Below are positions 50,838-59,596 of a DNA stretch of 64,000 nucleotides, piece after piece (the stretch's first letter is position 1; the number at the start of each line of letters is the position of its first letter). This DNA comes from Bacilli bacterium (GTDB taxonomy: Bacteria; Bacillota_I; Bacilli_A; RFN20; CAG-826), in assembly GCA_045597865.1 (NCBI GenBank), contig JAZLKX010000028.1, positions 44,224 through 108,223 on the forward strand. The letters are read 5' to 3'. Position numbers and translations under genes: made by a program. Under the pieces are notes generated by a model that was not told the origin of the DNA, did no database searches, and saw nothing but the letters and a program-made list of their open reading frames with translations.

Positions 50838-52970
50838 TTAAAGTATCTTTGCTTTTAATTTGATTTTGCCATCGCTGACATGCTTAAGAACATCATAAAT
50901 AATGACTGTTCCCCAAGAGTCAATTTTACAGTATGCGAGGGCTTGACCAAGCATCTCATTTTCGTCTGGATCATTATCAGTTGGATCAATATGATTTCTT
51001 ACGAGTAAAGCCTTAAAAAGATCGAGACAAATGCCACCGTTATAAACAAGAGCGCCTTCTTTGTGATAATCAAGCGAAAATCTTAAATCAAAAGGTAAAT
51101 TAATGGAATCATAATAGGCTTGAACGTCTTCATCATCACATAAAGTTGGTTGAACAACCTTAAGTGAGCCTCTTCCATTGAATTTTGTGCCATAGAATGA
51201 ACCAGAAGTAAAGAAATCAAGTAAGTCAACGACATTGTCATTAAAGTTTTGAACAAAATTAATAAGATCAGCGTCTACTTCAGGATGAGAAGCATAAAGT
51301 CTCACAAACTCATCCATTCTTGTTTTCTCAAAGTTTTGATTAAATACAACTACTTTGTAGTTCTTTGCCATTGGATTAATGCCAAAGTCAATTAATTGCT
51401 CTTTTAGAGTCTTAAAAAGGCTAAATTCAGGGTTTATATAGCCATCTATAGATGGATGACCAATAAATTCATAATGAGAACAGTTTCCGCCTCTTCCTTT
51501 GGCGAAATCATGTTTAGTTAAATCATAGCCTCTTCCAACAATATGCATTGAGTATTGAGTAACTACTTGTTGCCAAGGATGAGCATCTTTCATAAGAGGA
51601 ACTGGATTTTGAATTGATTCAAAGTCAAAGAAAACAAGATAATCAATATCATCGTTTAAATAATCTCTATGAAGGATTGAATTCATAAGATCCATATGAA
51701 TGACATAGTCAAACCCTTTTCCTAACCATTCAGTTTGGAATTTAATTTGGCTTCTAGCGTTTCCATATTTAATAACGCCATCTTTTTCACTTTCTTCTTT
51801 GTATTCATTCACTACTGAAGTTGGAATATCAGAAATATGTTCAATTCCAGCTTCAATAAGTTTCTTTGAACGTTGCCAAGTGCCACCATAAATATTCCAT
51901 CTTGTTAACTTAAATATTGAATTTGGATTATCTGCGTCATTAAAACAAGAGAGTAAGAAAGGACATTTTCCGCCTTTAACACATTCATAATGTTTATTTG
52001 GTTCAACTTCAAACTTAGTCGCGATAAATCTGATGTCTGAAATAACTTCTTCAATAGGAGTAATTTTAGGGTTACCATCCTTGTCTATCTTCTGATAGGC
52101 ATCTGAATCAAAGTAAGTAATAATTGGTACAATTTCAGTTTCTTCTTTGTTTTTCTTTAAATTAAGGTCAAATGATAACCTAAAAAGGTTATTAACGTCT
52201 TCATTACTTAAATTTGGGTAATTAACATCGCTTGAAGAGAATTTAAATTCTCTATTTAGGTGTAAATAGCCTAATCTAGCGATGTTAATACCTTCTTTGG
52301 TATAAATGTAGTACTGGAATAAAAGATCGTATAAATACGGGATTTTAATTCCGGTATGAATTTCATACTCTTTTTTCGGATGAGTGAAAGGTGAATTGGA
52401 ACCTTTGGCCTCAATTAGGGTAAAGGTTCCATTATCTTCTTTCACGAGTACATCAAATCTTGCTCTTAAGTCGTTATGCTCAACTTGGCCTTCAAAGATA
52501 ACTTTGACTGATGGATCTTTTAAGTATTGTTTGGTTTTCTCAACAATGTATTTTTGGTTAGTGGTTTCCACTCCAAAATCATTAACGTCGCATCTACGAC
52601 ATTTGTCTTCACCATAAATAAGTTCAATGTATCTTCTAGATAATCTCGCGGTTACTTGAGTATCTTCATATTTCTTAAGTAATCCATAAAGTGGATTTTC
52701 TTGTTGATGCTTGATGATAAGTTTTTCAATATCTTCTTTAAGATATAGATAATCTTTCATTATTTCGATGATATCAAATGTTTTATCAACACTTGGATCA
52801 TCGTTATCATCAAAAGCATCATCGACAATAGCTTCTTCAATGTCTTCTTTAGAGCCAAACTCTAAATAAGACTCGATGAGTCTAAGAAGCGTATTATCAT
52901 CTATTGATGCTTTTGCAAGATATGGACATTTTCTTGCAACATAATCTTTAATTATGCTTTTTGTGATCAT
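50838..52970 (-). CDS. DUF2779-type protein: PD-(D/E)XK (Cas4/RecB-like) nuclease + RNase H-like domain
   Basis: RFDVL...LIEAK, DL.FQYY, C....CPF...C, FFDFES, QYS.H, FE, DL, SLK.V, YC..D. Confidence 0.75.
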   Translation of the reverse strand: MITKSIIKDYVARKCPYLAKASIDDNTLLRLIESYLEFGSKEDIEEAIVDDAFDDNDDPSVDKTFDIIEIMKDYLYLKEDIEKLIIKHQQENPLYGLLKKYEDTQVTARLSRRYIELIYGEDKCRRCDVNDFGVETTNQKYIVEKTKQYLKDPSVKVIFEGQVEHNDLRARFDVLVKEDNGTFTLIEAKGSNSPFTHPKKEYEIHTGIKIPYLYDLLFQYYIYTKEGINIARLGYLHLNREFKFSSSDVNYPNLSNEDVNNLFRLSFDLNLKKNKEETEIVPIITYFDSDAYQKIDKDGNPKITPIEEVISDIRFIATKFEVEPNKHYECVKGGKCPFLLSCFNDADNPNSIFKLTRWNIYGGTWQRSKKLIEAGIEHISDIPTSVVNEYKEESEKDGVIKYGNARSQIKFQTEWLGKGFDYVIHMDLMNSILHRDYLNDDIDYLVFFDFESIQNPVPLMKDAHPWQQVVTQYSMHIVGRGYDLTKHDFAKGRGGNCSHYEFIGHPSIDGYINPEFSLFKTLKEQLIDFGINPMAKNYKVVVFNQNFEKTRMDEFVRLYASHPEVDADLINFVQNFNDNVVDLLDFFTSGSFYGTKFNGRGSLKVVQPTLCDDEDVQAYYDSINLPFDLRFSLDYHKEGALVYNGGICLDLFKALLVRNHIDPTDNDPDENEMLGQALAYCKIDSWGTVIIYDVLKHVSDGKIKLKAKIL

Positions 52971-53643
52971 ATGTAATATCTATGAATTCGATTCCGTCTT
53001 CGACAGGATGTAATTTCTTGTCCAAGACTTCTTCGTGGTATTCGAATTTAGGTTTGATAATATCAAGAATTAAACAAGAGTCTTCTGGTTTAATTTCTTC
53101 ATATTTTCCTTGGGACGCCATAACAACTTCTAAGAAGTGTTTTACGCAGTCATAGAAGCTTTCAAGGGTGTCTCCACTAGCGTACTTATGTAATGAAAGT
53201 TTCGCATTGAAATCTTTAATCGCACCACCAATTGATTCATAAATCATTCCTAAAGAAGCATAAGCTTCCTCTCTAGATATAGAAGTGAATGATGTCCAAT
53301 GGAAATGAGGAAGCTTTGCTTCTATCATATGTGGTAATGAATCATGAATTGCTAAACCTTCAATGATTTCAACTCTTTCATCAATAAGTTTTCCGTCATT
53401 AATCGCGAGTTGGAGAACAGAGTATTGAAGAAGAATATCAAATGACTTTAAAGAGTATTCTTTCATATACTCTGTATTGCCTCTAAATTCTTCACCTTCA
53501 TTGAAGAGTTTGAAAACATGTTCATTTAAAAATGAAACTAAGTTATCGTATTCTCTTTTCGCTACTGTGAAAAAGTTTTCAAAATCATCACTTAAATCTT
53601 CTTTTTGATCGTATACTTCTTCTAAAACTTTATTTTCTTCCAT
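52948..53643 (-). CDS. hypothetical protein
   Basis: 231-aa ORF with GAGGA RBS, overlapping the DUF2779 gene. Confidence 0.7.
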   Translation of the reverse strand: MEENKVLEEVYDQKEDLSDDFENFFTVAKREYDNLVSFLNEHVFKLFNEGEEFRGNTEYMKEYSLKSFDILLQYSVLQLAINDGKLIDERVEIIEGLAIHDSLPHMIEAKLPHFHWTSFTSISREEAYASLGMIYESIGGAIKDFNAKLSLHKYASGDTLESFYDCVKHFLEVVMASQGKYEEIKPEDSCLILDIIKPKFEYHEEVLDKKLHPVEDGIEFIDITYDHKKHN

Positions 53644-53749
53644 AAGTATATCCTCGCGTATTCGTTAACTTAAATTTTACCAAAGATTTAAGTTCGCCTC
53701 AATAAAAATAAAAGCCGTTGAGATTATCTCTCAAACGGCTCTAATTCAA

Positions 53750-53784
53750 GTGATAGAAGCTAGTCTTTGTATCACCCGATTTTT
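53750..53784 (-). repeat. hairpin element A, copy 1 (terminator at 53713-53740)
   Basis: AAAAATCGG-GTGATA-C-AAAG-ACTAG-CTTC-TATCAC overlapping the CDF stop codon. Confidence 0.85.
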
Positions 53785-54961
53785 AGTGAATATAACTGTT
53801 ATCAATCTTAATAACTGTTTTGTATTTTGAATCTTTATTAGAAATTGCTTCCTTAAGTGCTTCCACTATTTCGTCTTGATTCATGTTGCTTCCTAGTGGA
53901 ATGACCACATCAAATAAGACATTGGTGTGTGTTGGTCCTTTAACCATTCTTAAATCATGAAAAGTGAGTTCTTTATGGAATTTTCCTAGTGTTTTCGCGA
54001 TTATTTCCTTTAAAACCTTGAGTTCTGGATTCTTTGTATCGACAGGATCCATATGGATTGTAAGTTCAATTCCGTACTTACTTCCAACTTCACTTTCAAT
54101 GTTATCAATTAGGTCATGGGATTCCATCACATTGACATATGCATCAACCTCAACATGGAGGGTGATGAATATCTTGGTCTCTCCATAAGAATGAACGACA
54201 AGGTCGTGAATTCCAAGAACACCTTTGTATGATTTAACATCTTTAAGAATTGCCTTAACAAAGTCAGTGTCAGGAGTTAACCCAATAAGTGGAGATGTTG
54301 TCTCCATAACAAGTTTGATACCAGAGTAAAGAATGAATAATGCTACTGCGATAGAAACAGCAGGATCAAGCCACCATAAATCTGGGAAGAAATAAATAAT
54401 GATAGCAGTCACTAAAACTGCAGAAGTTGAAATAGCGTCGTTAATTGAATCTTGCATATTAGCTTTTAGGCTAACTGAATCAATTGCCTTGCCCATACCT
54501 CTATAGAAAAGACCAAGAAGTATCTTTCCGACAATTGCAACACCAAGAACAATAAAGGATGCAATTGTGAATGTTACATTAACATCATGGTTGATTAAAG
54601 CCATGATAGATGTGTAACCAAGCACAATTGCGACCGCAATAATGATAAAAGAAACAATCATGCCTGTAACATACTCTACACGCTCATGTCCATATGGATG
54701 TTTCTTGTCTGCAGGTTTTGATGCAATCTTAAAACCAAATAATGAAACAATATTGCTAACTAAATCAGTTAAGTTATTGATTGCATCTGAAATAATGGCT
54801 CTTGAACCTGCAAGAATACCAATTAAGAATTTAACGCCAAATAAAACAAGGTTAACAATAATGCCACCAATGGAGGCTACAAGTCCGTGTTTTTCACGTA
54901 CTTTCTTATCCTTAACGTTCTTATAATCTTTAATAAAGATTTTTCTTATTAAATTTATCAT
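53783..54961 (-). CDS. cation diffusion facilitator transporter (FieF-like)
   Basis: SDAINNLTD, PAD..HPYGHER.EY, D..ND, HDL.VH.YG. Confidence 0.92.
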   Translation of the reverse strand: MINLIRKIFIKDYKNVKDKKVREKHGLVASIGGIIVNLVLFGVKFLIGILAGSRAIISDAINNLTDLVSNIVSLFGFKIASKPADKKHPYGHERVEYVTGMIVSFIIIAVAIVLGYTSIMALINHDVNVTFTIASFIVLGVAIVGKILLGLFYRGMGKAIDSVSLKANMQDSINDAISTSAVLVTAIIIYFFPDLWWLDPAVSIAVALFILYSGIKLVMETTSPLIGLTPDTDFVKAILKDVKSYKGVLGIHDLVVHSYGETKIFITLHVEVDAYVNVMESHDLIDNIESEVGSKYGIELTIHMDPVDTKNPELKVLKEIIAKTLGKFHKELTFHDLRMVKGPTHTNVLFDVVIPLGSNMNQDEIVEALKEAISNKDSKYKTVIKIDNSYIH

Positions 54962-55034
54962 GGCAACATTTTAACACTTCTTATTAAATAAGTTCATATT
55001 ATTTTCAAATCTAATCTATAAGAAAACTCATATA

Positions 55035-55069
55035 GTCATAGAAGCTAGTCTTTGTATGACCCGATTTTT
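55035..55069 (-). repeat. hairpin element A, copy 2
   Basis: AAAAATCGG-GTCATA-C-AAAG-ACTAG-CTTC-TATGAC; differs from copy 1 only by one compensatory base pair. Confidence 0.85.
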
Positions 55070-55200
55070 CAAAAATGCCTTTCGTTTTCATCCTTAATGG
55101 TAATAAGCAATTTATAATGAGACCAATTTAGATGTTGCCACAGTGTAGCAACAAAGTATATTTTAGAAAATTTTACCATTCGAGATAGTTCTGAAAAGGA
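55069..55200 (-). pseudogene. DUF1016 (YhcG) N-terminal domain remnant
   Basis: Own translation SFSELSRMVKFSKIYFVATLWQHLNWSHYKLLITIKDENERHF*; aligns with FSRRNLARM...LSWSHY..LL......ERIFY of 55958..56911. Confidence 0.8.
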
Positions 55201-55368
55201 AAATAAATTATAATAAATATAATTTAATACCCTTTTAATTTTGCTAACAAAAAACTTCTCTTAATTCTGTTTTATTGAATGTGTATCAACTTCTATGTGT
55301 AAAATTACCCATATAAGTTTTCCAAAAGAATATTTTCACCACAAGACTCTTTCAAATGATGGATTTCA

Positions 55369-55507
55369 AAACCCCCCGAAATCGGTGGGTTTAAACGAGT
55401 CGAATTCGAGGCGGTTAAAATTTCAAAATCGATAAGTATTCCTCAAACCCGTCGAAATCGGTGGGTCTAAACCAGTCAAATTTGACTAATTTAATTTAGT
55501 CAAATTA
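55369..55507. repeat. tandem array of ~6 imperfect 24-bp palindromes
   Basis: AAACCCCCCGAAATCGGTGGGTTT / AAACGAGTCGAATTCGAGGCGGTT / degenerate unit / AAACCCGTCGAAATCGGTGGGTCT / AAACCAGTCAAATTTGACTAATTT / partial unit. Confidence 0.8.
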
Positions 55508-55543
55508 ATTTTTAAATTTCAAAAAGTATTTTCAAAAACAAGA

Positions 55544-55632
55544 TTGCTTTTTAAAAATAAAATGTAATAATTATTATTAGTCAGTAGGACCGATTACGGC
55601 CGGACTATTTGCTCCTGAAAAGGAGCTTTTTT
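55544..55632 (+). ncRNA. candidate small RNA 1 (promoter, hairpin, terminator)
   Basis: TTGCTT..TGtAATAAT, hairpin TAGTC..GACCG-ATTA-CGGCC..GACTA, terminator GCTCCT-GAAA-AGGAGC-T6; no ORF. Confidence 0.5.
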
Positions 55633-55723
55633 ATATCAAATTTTGCTCTTTTTGAAACTCTTCGATCTTTTGAGCGAATTCTTGTTCCTTCGCGAGGATC
55701 TCTTCTCATATTGCTCATCTATA

Positions 55724-55758
55724 CCCATAGACTGTAATAGTCGTATGGGCCGAATTTT
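55724..55758 (-). repeat. hairpin element A, copy 3
   Basis: AAAATTCGG-CCCATA-C-GACT-ATTAC-AGTC-TATGGG, then a truncated terminator half. Confidence 0.85.
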
Positions 55759-55771
55759 CATAAAAATACTA

Positions 55772-55848
55772 TTTACAAAAAACTGACGAATTGTACAATA
55801 TAAGTGAACCCAAGGTAGCGGATTAAGCTACAATCGGTTCTTTTTTTT
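55772..55848 (+). ncRNA. candidate small RNA 2 / orphan attenuator
   Basis: TTTACA-16-TACAAT, then GAACC..GTAGC-GGATTAA-GCTAC..GGTTC-T8; no downstream ORF. Confidence 0.45.
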
Positions 55849-55957
55849 ATTTCTTTTTAAATTTGTTTAAATAATTATTCACTATATCCTTAGGATAGAT
55901 ACTAACAAGTTTGTTAATATTAGCATTATAATCATTTATTAAAAAATCAATCATACA

Positions 55958-56911
55958 TCATTTGTTCATAAGCTTTTGAATTTCTAATTTCAATAACTCT
56001 TTATCCGGCAGTTGAGTTAAATATTTTCTCACAAAAATTTGATTAGAAATTGAACCTAAAGCATATTCAATTTGAATATCGTCTTTGTCCTGGCACAAAA
56101 CTATACCGATTGGATCACAGTCTGTGTCTTGATTTACTTCTTTTTTATAATAATTAAGATAAAAATTTAATTGCTCAATTGAATTATTGGTAATCTTTCC
56201 TTTCTTAAGTTCTATTAATACAAAGCATTTTAAATTTGTGTTATAGAAAACCATATCCATAAAATAAGATTTGTTATTTATTACTATTCTTTGTTGCTCA
56301 CCAATGAATGCAAAACCTTTTCCGAGTTCGAGCAAAAACATTTTTAAATGCTTAACTAATTCACTCTCCAAGTCTTTTTCTTTGAAATCATCTTTAAGAT
56401 TTAAAAACTCAAAAACTAACGGATTTTTTAAAAATACATTTTCTTTAATGTCTTTTGTTATTAGTTTGTTCTTTGGCGTTGTATCCAATTCTCCAAGCAA
56501 TACTCTTTCATATAATGATGATTTTATTTGCCTTCTAAGTTCACGAACACTCCAACACGCCCTTGAACACTCGCGTTCATAAAAAATTCTTTCCTCATAA
56601 TTTTCAAGAGCTAATAGTTCAGAATAATGTGACCAAGATAAATTGGGCGACACTGTCGCCCCATCACTATAATCTTTATAAAAGATTATCATTCTCGCAA
56701 GATTTCTTCTTGAAAAGCCTTCACCATACTTTGGTCTTAATTCTTTTTCAAGTTCATTAAGTGGCACATTTCTAGAGTTACAGATTATTTCTCCAATTTT
56801 AAGATAGCTTTTAAGTAATACTATGTTAACTGTTGAAACAACATATGATTGGGCTTCTTTAACAACCAACTCAATTTGATTAATAATTTCTTTGTTTTGA
56901 ATCTCTTTCAT
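55958..56911 (-). CDS. DUF1016/YhcG-family PD-(D/E)XK nuclease
   Basis: GFS..NL..M, LSWSHY, WSVRELRRQI...LYER, FLLELGKGFAF, D..FY...LKCFVLIELK, PIGIVLC. Confidence 0.92.
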   Translation of the reverse strand: MKEIQNKEIINQIELVVKEAQSYVVSTVNIVLLKSYLKIGEIICNSRNVPLNELEKELRPKYGEGFSRRNLARMIIFYKDYSDGATVSPNLSWSHYSELLALENYEERIFYERECSRACWSVRELRRQIKSSLYERVLLGELDTTPKNKLITKDIKENVFLKNPLVFEFLNLKDDFKEKDLESELVKHLKMFLLELGKGFAFIGEQQRIVINNKSYFMDMVFYNTNLKCFVLIELKKGKITNNSIEQLNFYLNYYKKEVNQDTDCDPIGIVLCQDKDDIQIEYALGSISNQIFVRKYLTQLPDKELLKLEIQKLMNK

Positions 56912-57041
56912 TAAATGTCCTCCTAATTATAATTTCAGGAGAATTTGTCATTTCCGATAAAAAACTTTCTAAGTCACTAAGTGACTTGTTTTTTTATAAT
57001 AAAAGCCATAAGAGATTTCTTTCTCATATGGCTCATCTATA

Positions 57042-57074
57042 CCCATAGACTGTAATAGTCGTATGGGCCGATTT
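57042..57074 (-). repeat. hairpin element A, copy 4 (terminator at 57004-57033)
   Basis: AAATCGG-CCCATA-C-GACT-ATTAC-AGTC-TATGGG overlapping the KilA-N stop codon. Confidence 0.88.
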
Positions 57075-57882
57075 ACTGCAATAATTTAGGCTTATAACTA
57101 GTAAATAATAGCTTTTCCTTATTGGCTTCTTCATTCAATAATACCAAGCGATCAGATTGTGGAATTCCCTTTTCAATTAACTTAGAATTAAGAAGTTCAA
57201 GATTTGAGAGAATTGTTAATTCAATAACATTTGCGAAATCACGAATATTACCATTTTGATTTGGATTTGCTTGTTTCCATTCATTTGCAGTTACCCCAAA
57301 CAAAGCAACATTAATAACATCTGCTTCTGATGCATATATAAAAGAAATCTGTTGTGGTTTTAAATCAATCTGAATAATGTTTTTCTTAATAGCGTCTGTT
57401 TGAAGCAGATAATTCAAACTTGATAGTTGGCGTTTTCCAGCCCAATCAAGACGTTTGTTTTCTTCTTCTTTTAAACGTTGATATTCACGAATAAGTAAGA
57501 CCTTGAATTCTGCAGATATCCAACTTGCGAATTCAAAAGCAATATCTTTGTGTGCGTATGTACCGCCACCATTTCTTCCAGATTTGACTCTAAGGCCGAT
57601 TGCATTTGTAAGATTAATCCATTTTGCTGGTGACATTGTAAAAGCATTCGTTCCTGGTTTGGTTTTAAACATATCGAAATCGATAGGTTTGAATTCTGAG
57701 TTGAATATAAATTCCCAAAAATGCAAAAATTCTAATGTATCAATTCTTCTCAACCAGTTACAAATTACAATGAATGGCTCTTCTGAATTTTTAGATCTTG
57801 CGATATCTGTAAGTGAGATATAATCATCTTCGTTAACTCCAGTAATGTTAATGTCCAAATTTTTAATTGTAAGTTTTTTCAT
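57073..57882 (-). CDS. KilA-N domain DNA-binding protein
   Basis: DYISLTDIA, NWLR...TLEFL..WE, GR.GGGTYAHKDIAFEFASWIS.EF, YASEAD..N.ALFG.TA..W, GNIRD. Confidence 0.9.
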   Translation of the reverse strand: MKKLTIKNLDINITGVNEDDYISLTDIARSKNSEEPFIVICNWLRRIDTLEFLHFWEFIFNSEFKPIDFDMFKTKPGTNAFTMSPAKWINLTNAIGLRVKSGRNGGGTYAHKDIAFEFASWISAEFKVLLIREYQRLKEEENKRLDWAGKRQLSSLNYLLQTDAIKKNIIQIDLKPQQISFIYASEADVINVALFGVTANEWKQANPNQNGNIRDFANVIELTILSNLELLNSKLIEKGIPQSDRLVLLNEEANKEKLLFTSYKPKLLQ

Positions 57883-58168
57883 AATTGAAACTCCTTTATT
57901 AAGTATGAGAAGAAAAAGAATTCAGTGCGTCATGCACTTAATCCTTCCTTCATCTTTCTCTACAAATATTATATTAAAAATAAGGCGAAAATTGAAGTTA
58001 AAATTAAAGAAATTAAATTATACAAAGTATAATTTAAAATCATACGTATTAAATATATAAATTAAATTTTATTATATTTAATACTCTTTCAAATTTGTTA
58101 ATAAATATTGTAATGATTTTTAAATTAATAAGCCGTGTGAGATGTATTTCTCATATGGCTCATCTATA

Positions 58169-58203
58169 CCCATAGACTGTAATAGTCGTATGGGCCGATT
58201 TTT
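58169..58203 (-). repeat. hairpin element A, copy 5 (terminator at 58131-58160)
   Basis: Near-identical to copy 4 over ~70 bp including the terminator. Confidence 0.88.
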
Positions 58204-58270
58204 CATCAAAATCCTAAGGTTTTCCTTGATATTTATATAATGGAAGGGTATTTAACCGTCATTGTGAATA

Positions 58271-58966
58271 TTAGAATCTCATTCCGCATCCATACATAAT
58301 AAGAATGGCTACACCTATAATTCCACCCATTACTAGAATTCCAATACCGACAATAATTAGAACGCTCTTTATAACATACTTTCTATCATTTGAAGCTTCT
58401 TTAGATAACGATATATTAACAACATTAGTAATGAGTTTATTTTCTAATGTGGCTTTTGTCATTTTTCCAGTTATATCGTTATCTTCTAGAGATGAGGTAT
58501 CAACCTCTTGTTTCATATATGCCTCGATAGTTTGTTTTACATTAAGTAACTTTTTTTGTGTTTCTTGAGAAATTGAATCTGTATACATTTCAAAAACAGG
58601 ACCAGCTAGGTTCCATTCCTTAGTAAGAACATAACTTCTTCTGGAATTGAATGATAAAGAATATGATGAAACATCACCATTTTTTGTAAAATAAGTAATC
58701 GTGATAGTCCAAATAAGAGGATTTCCAACGGTTGATAATGGAGCAGATCCTCCTATAATACCAATTCTACCTGATGTAGATATTGCACCGCCACTTACTG
58801 GTGTTCTTAAAATGTTATTTCTAACTCCTGAATTAGACACCTGAACGGATGATATATTTTCTATTGGGCATATGAATTGCTCAGCAAAATGATAGATGAC
58901 AACAAGGGCTGTGGCTTTTACCGCAGCTACTGCAACCTTAGAATTGAGTAAATCAATTAAAGACAT
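58271..58966 (-). CDS. hypothetical protein with C-terminal TM
   Basis: 231-aa ORF with AAGGAG RBS. Confidence 0.65.
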   Translation of the reverse strand: MSLIDLLNSKVAVAAVKATALVVIYHFAEQFICPIENISSVQVSNSGVRNNILRTPVSGGAISTSGRIGIIGGSAPLSTVGNPLIWTITITYFTKNGDVSSYSLSFNSRRSYVLTKEWNLAGPVFEMYTDSISQETQKKLLNVKQTIEAYMKQEVDTSSLEDNDITGKMTKATLENKLITNVVNISLSKEASNDRKYVIKSVLIIVGIGILVMGGIIGVAILIMYGCGMRF

Positions 58967-59126
58967 AAAGTTCTCCTTTCGTAATGAGCGAACTGCTCTA
59001 TGAAAGACATCAGTAGCTAAACCTCTTCAATTATATCACTTATATTTTTTATATCATCTTAAATAGTGTTTTCGTTTGTTGGCTCGCGTTACAATGTTTT
59101 CATTAGCCTTATTCAATGATATGGTC

Positions 59127-59162
59127 AAAAATTCGGCCAATACGACCTCTTCGGTCTATTGG
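59127..59162 (+). repeat. hairpin element A, copy 6 (followed by palindrome B at 59174-59221)
   Basis: AAAAATTCGG-CCAATA-C-GACC-TCTTC-GGTC-TATTGG. Confidence 0.85.
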
Positions 59163-59596
59163 TGATTATTAGAAAATATCCAGGATTTTAAAGGGATTTT
59201 CCCTGAAATTCCTGGATATTTCTTATTGAAGCACTGTAAGGAATAGGTGCTTAAACTAAGCGTATTTATTAAATAGCGAGTTTACCTTATATTAGTAATC
59301 TAAAATTCAAAAGTTATAGGTTCTAAATAATTATAACTATCAGTGTGGTCTCATTAACAATACATATTAACCAGACCACTTAGTAATCCAAAATATTAAA
59401 AGACTCAATTCATCCTTGCGGCTGAACCCAGTCTTTTCTTATACCTCTATTTTTACTGTTTATAAGTTTTTGGGCATTTTTGTGCTTTTTATTTACAAAG
59501 TAAATAATTTCGTTCACGAAAAATGGGAATAGATTTTTTGTACGCGTGTTATGATTTATATAACCCATAAACATATCAATGCGAAAGGATAAATAT

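Noticed and set aside
55369-55507. 24-bp array as a mini-CRISPR or a coding ORF
   Set aside because: There is no repeat-spacer alternation, the register slips between units 2 and 4, and there is no start/RBS.
59005-59030. preQ1-I riboswitch look-alike (AGAGGTTTAGCTAC) upstream of the 231-aa gene
   Set aside because: There is no complementary CCTCT to close P1 and no A-rich tail.
58200-59130. Replication origin/terminus as the cause of the element A orientation flip
   Set aside because: Gene strand bias stays minus on both sides and I see no dif site or DnaA-box cluster.
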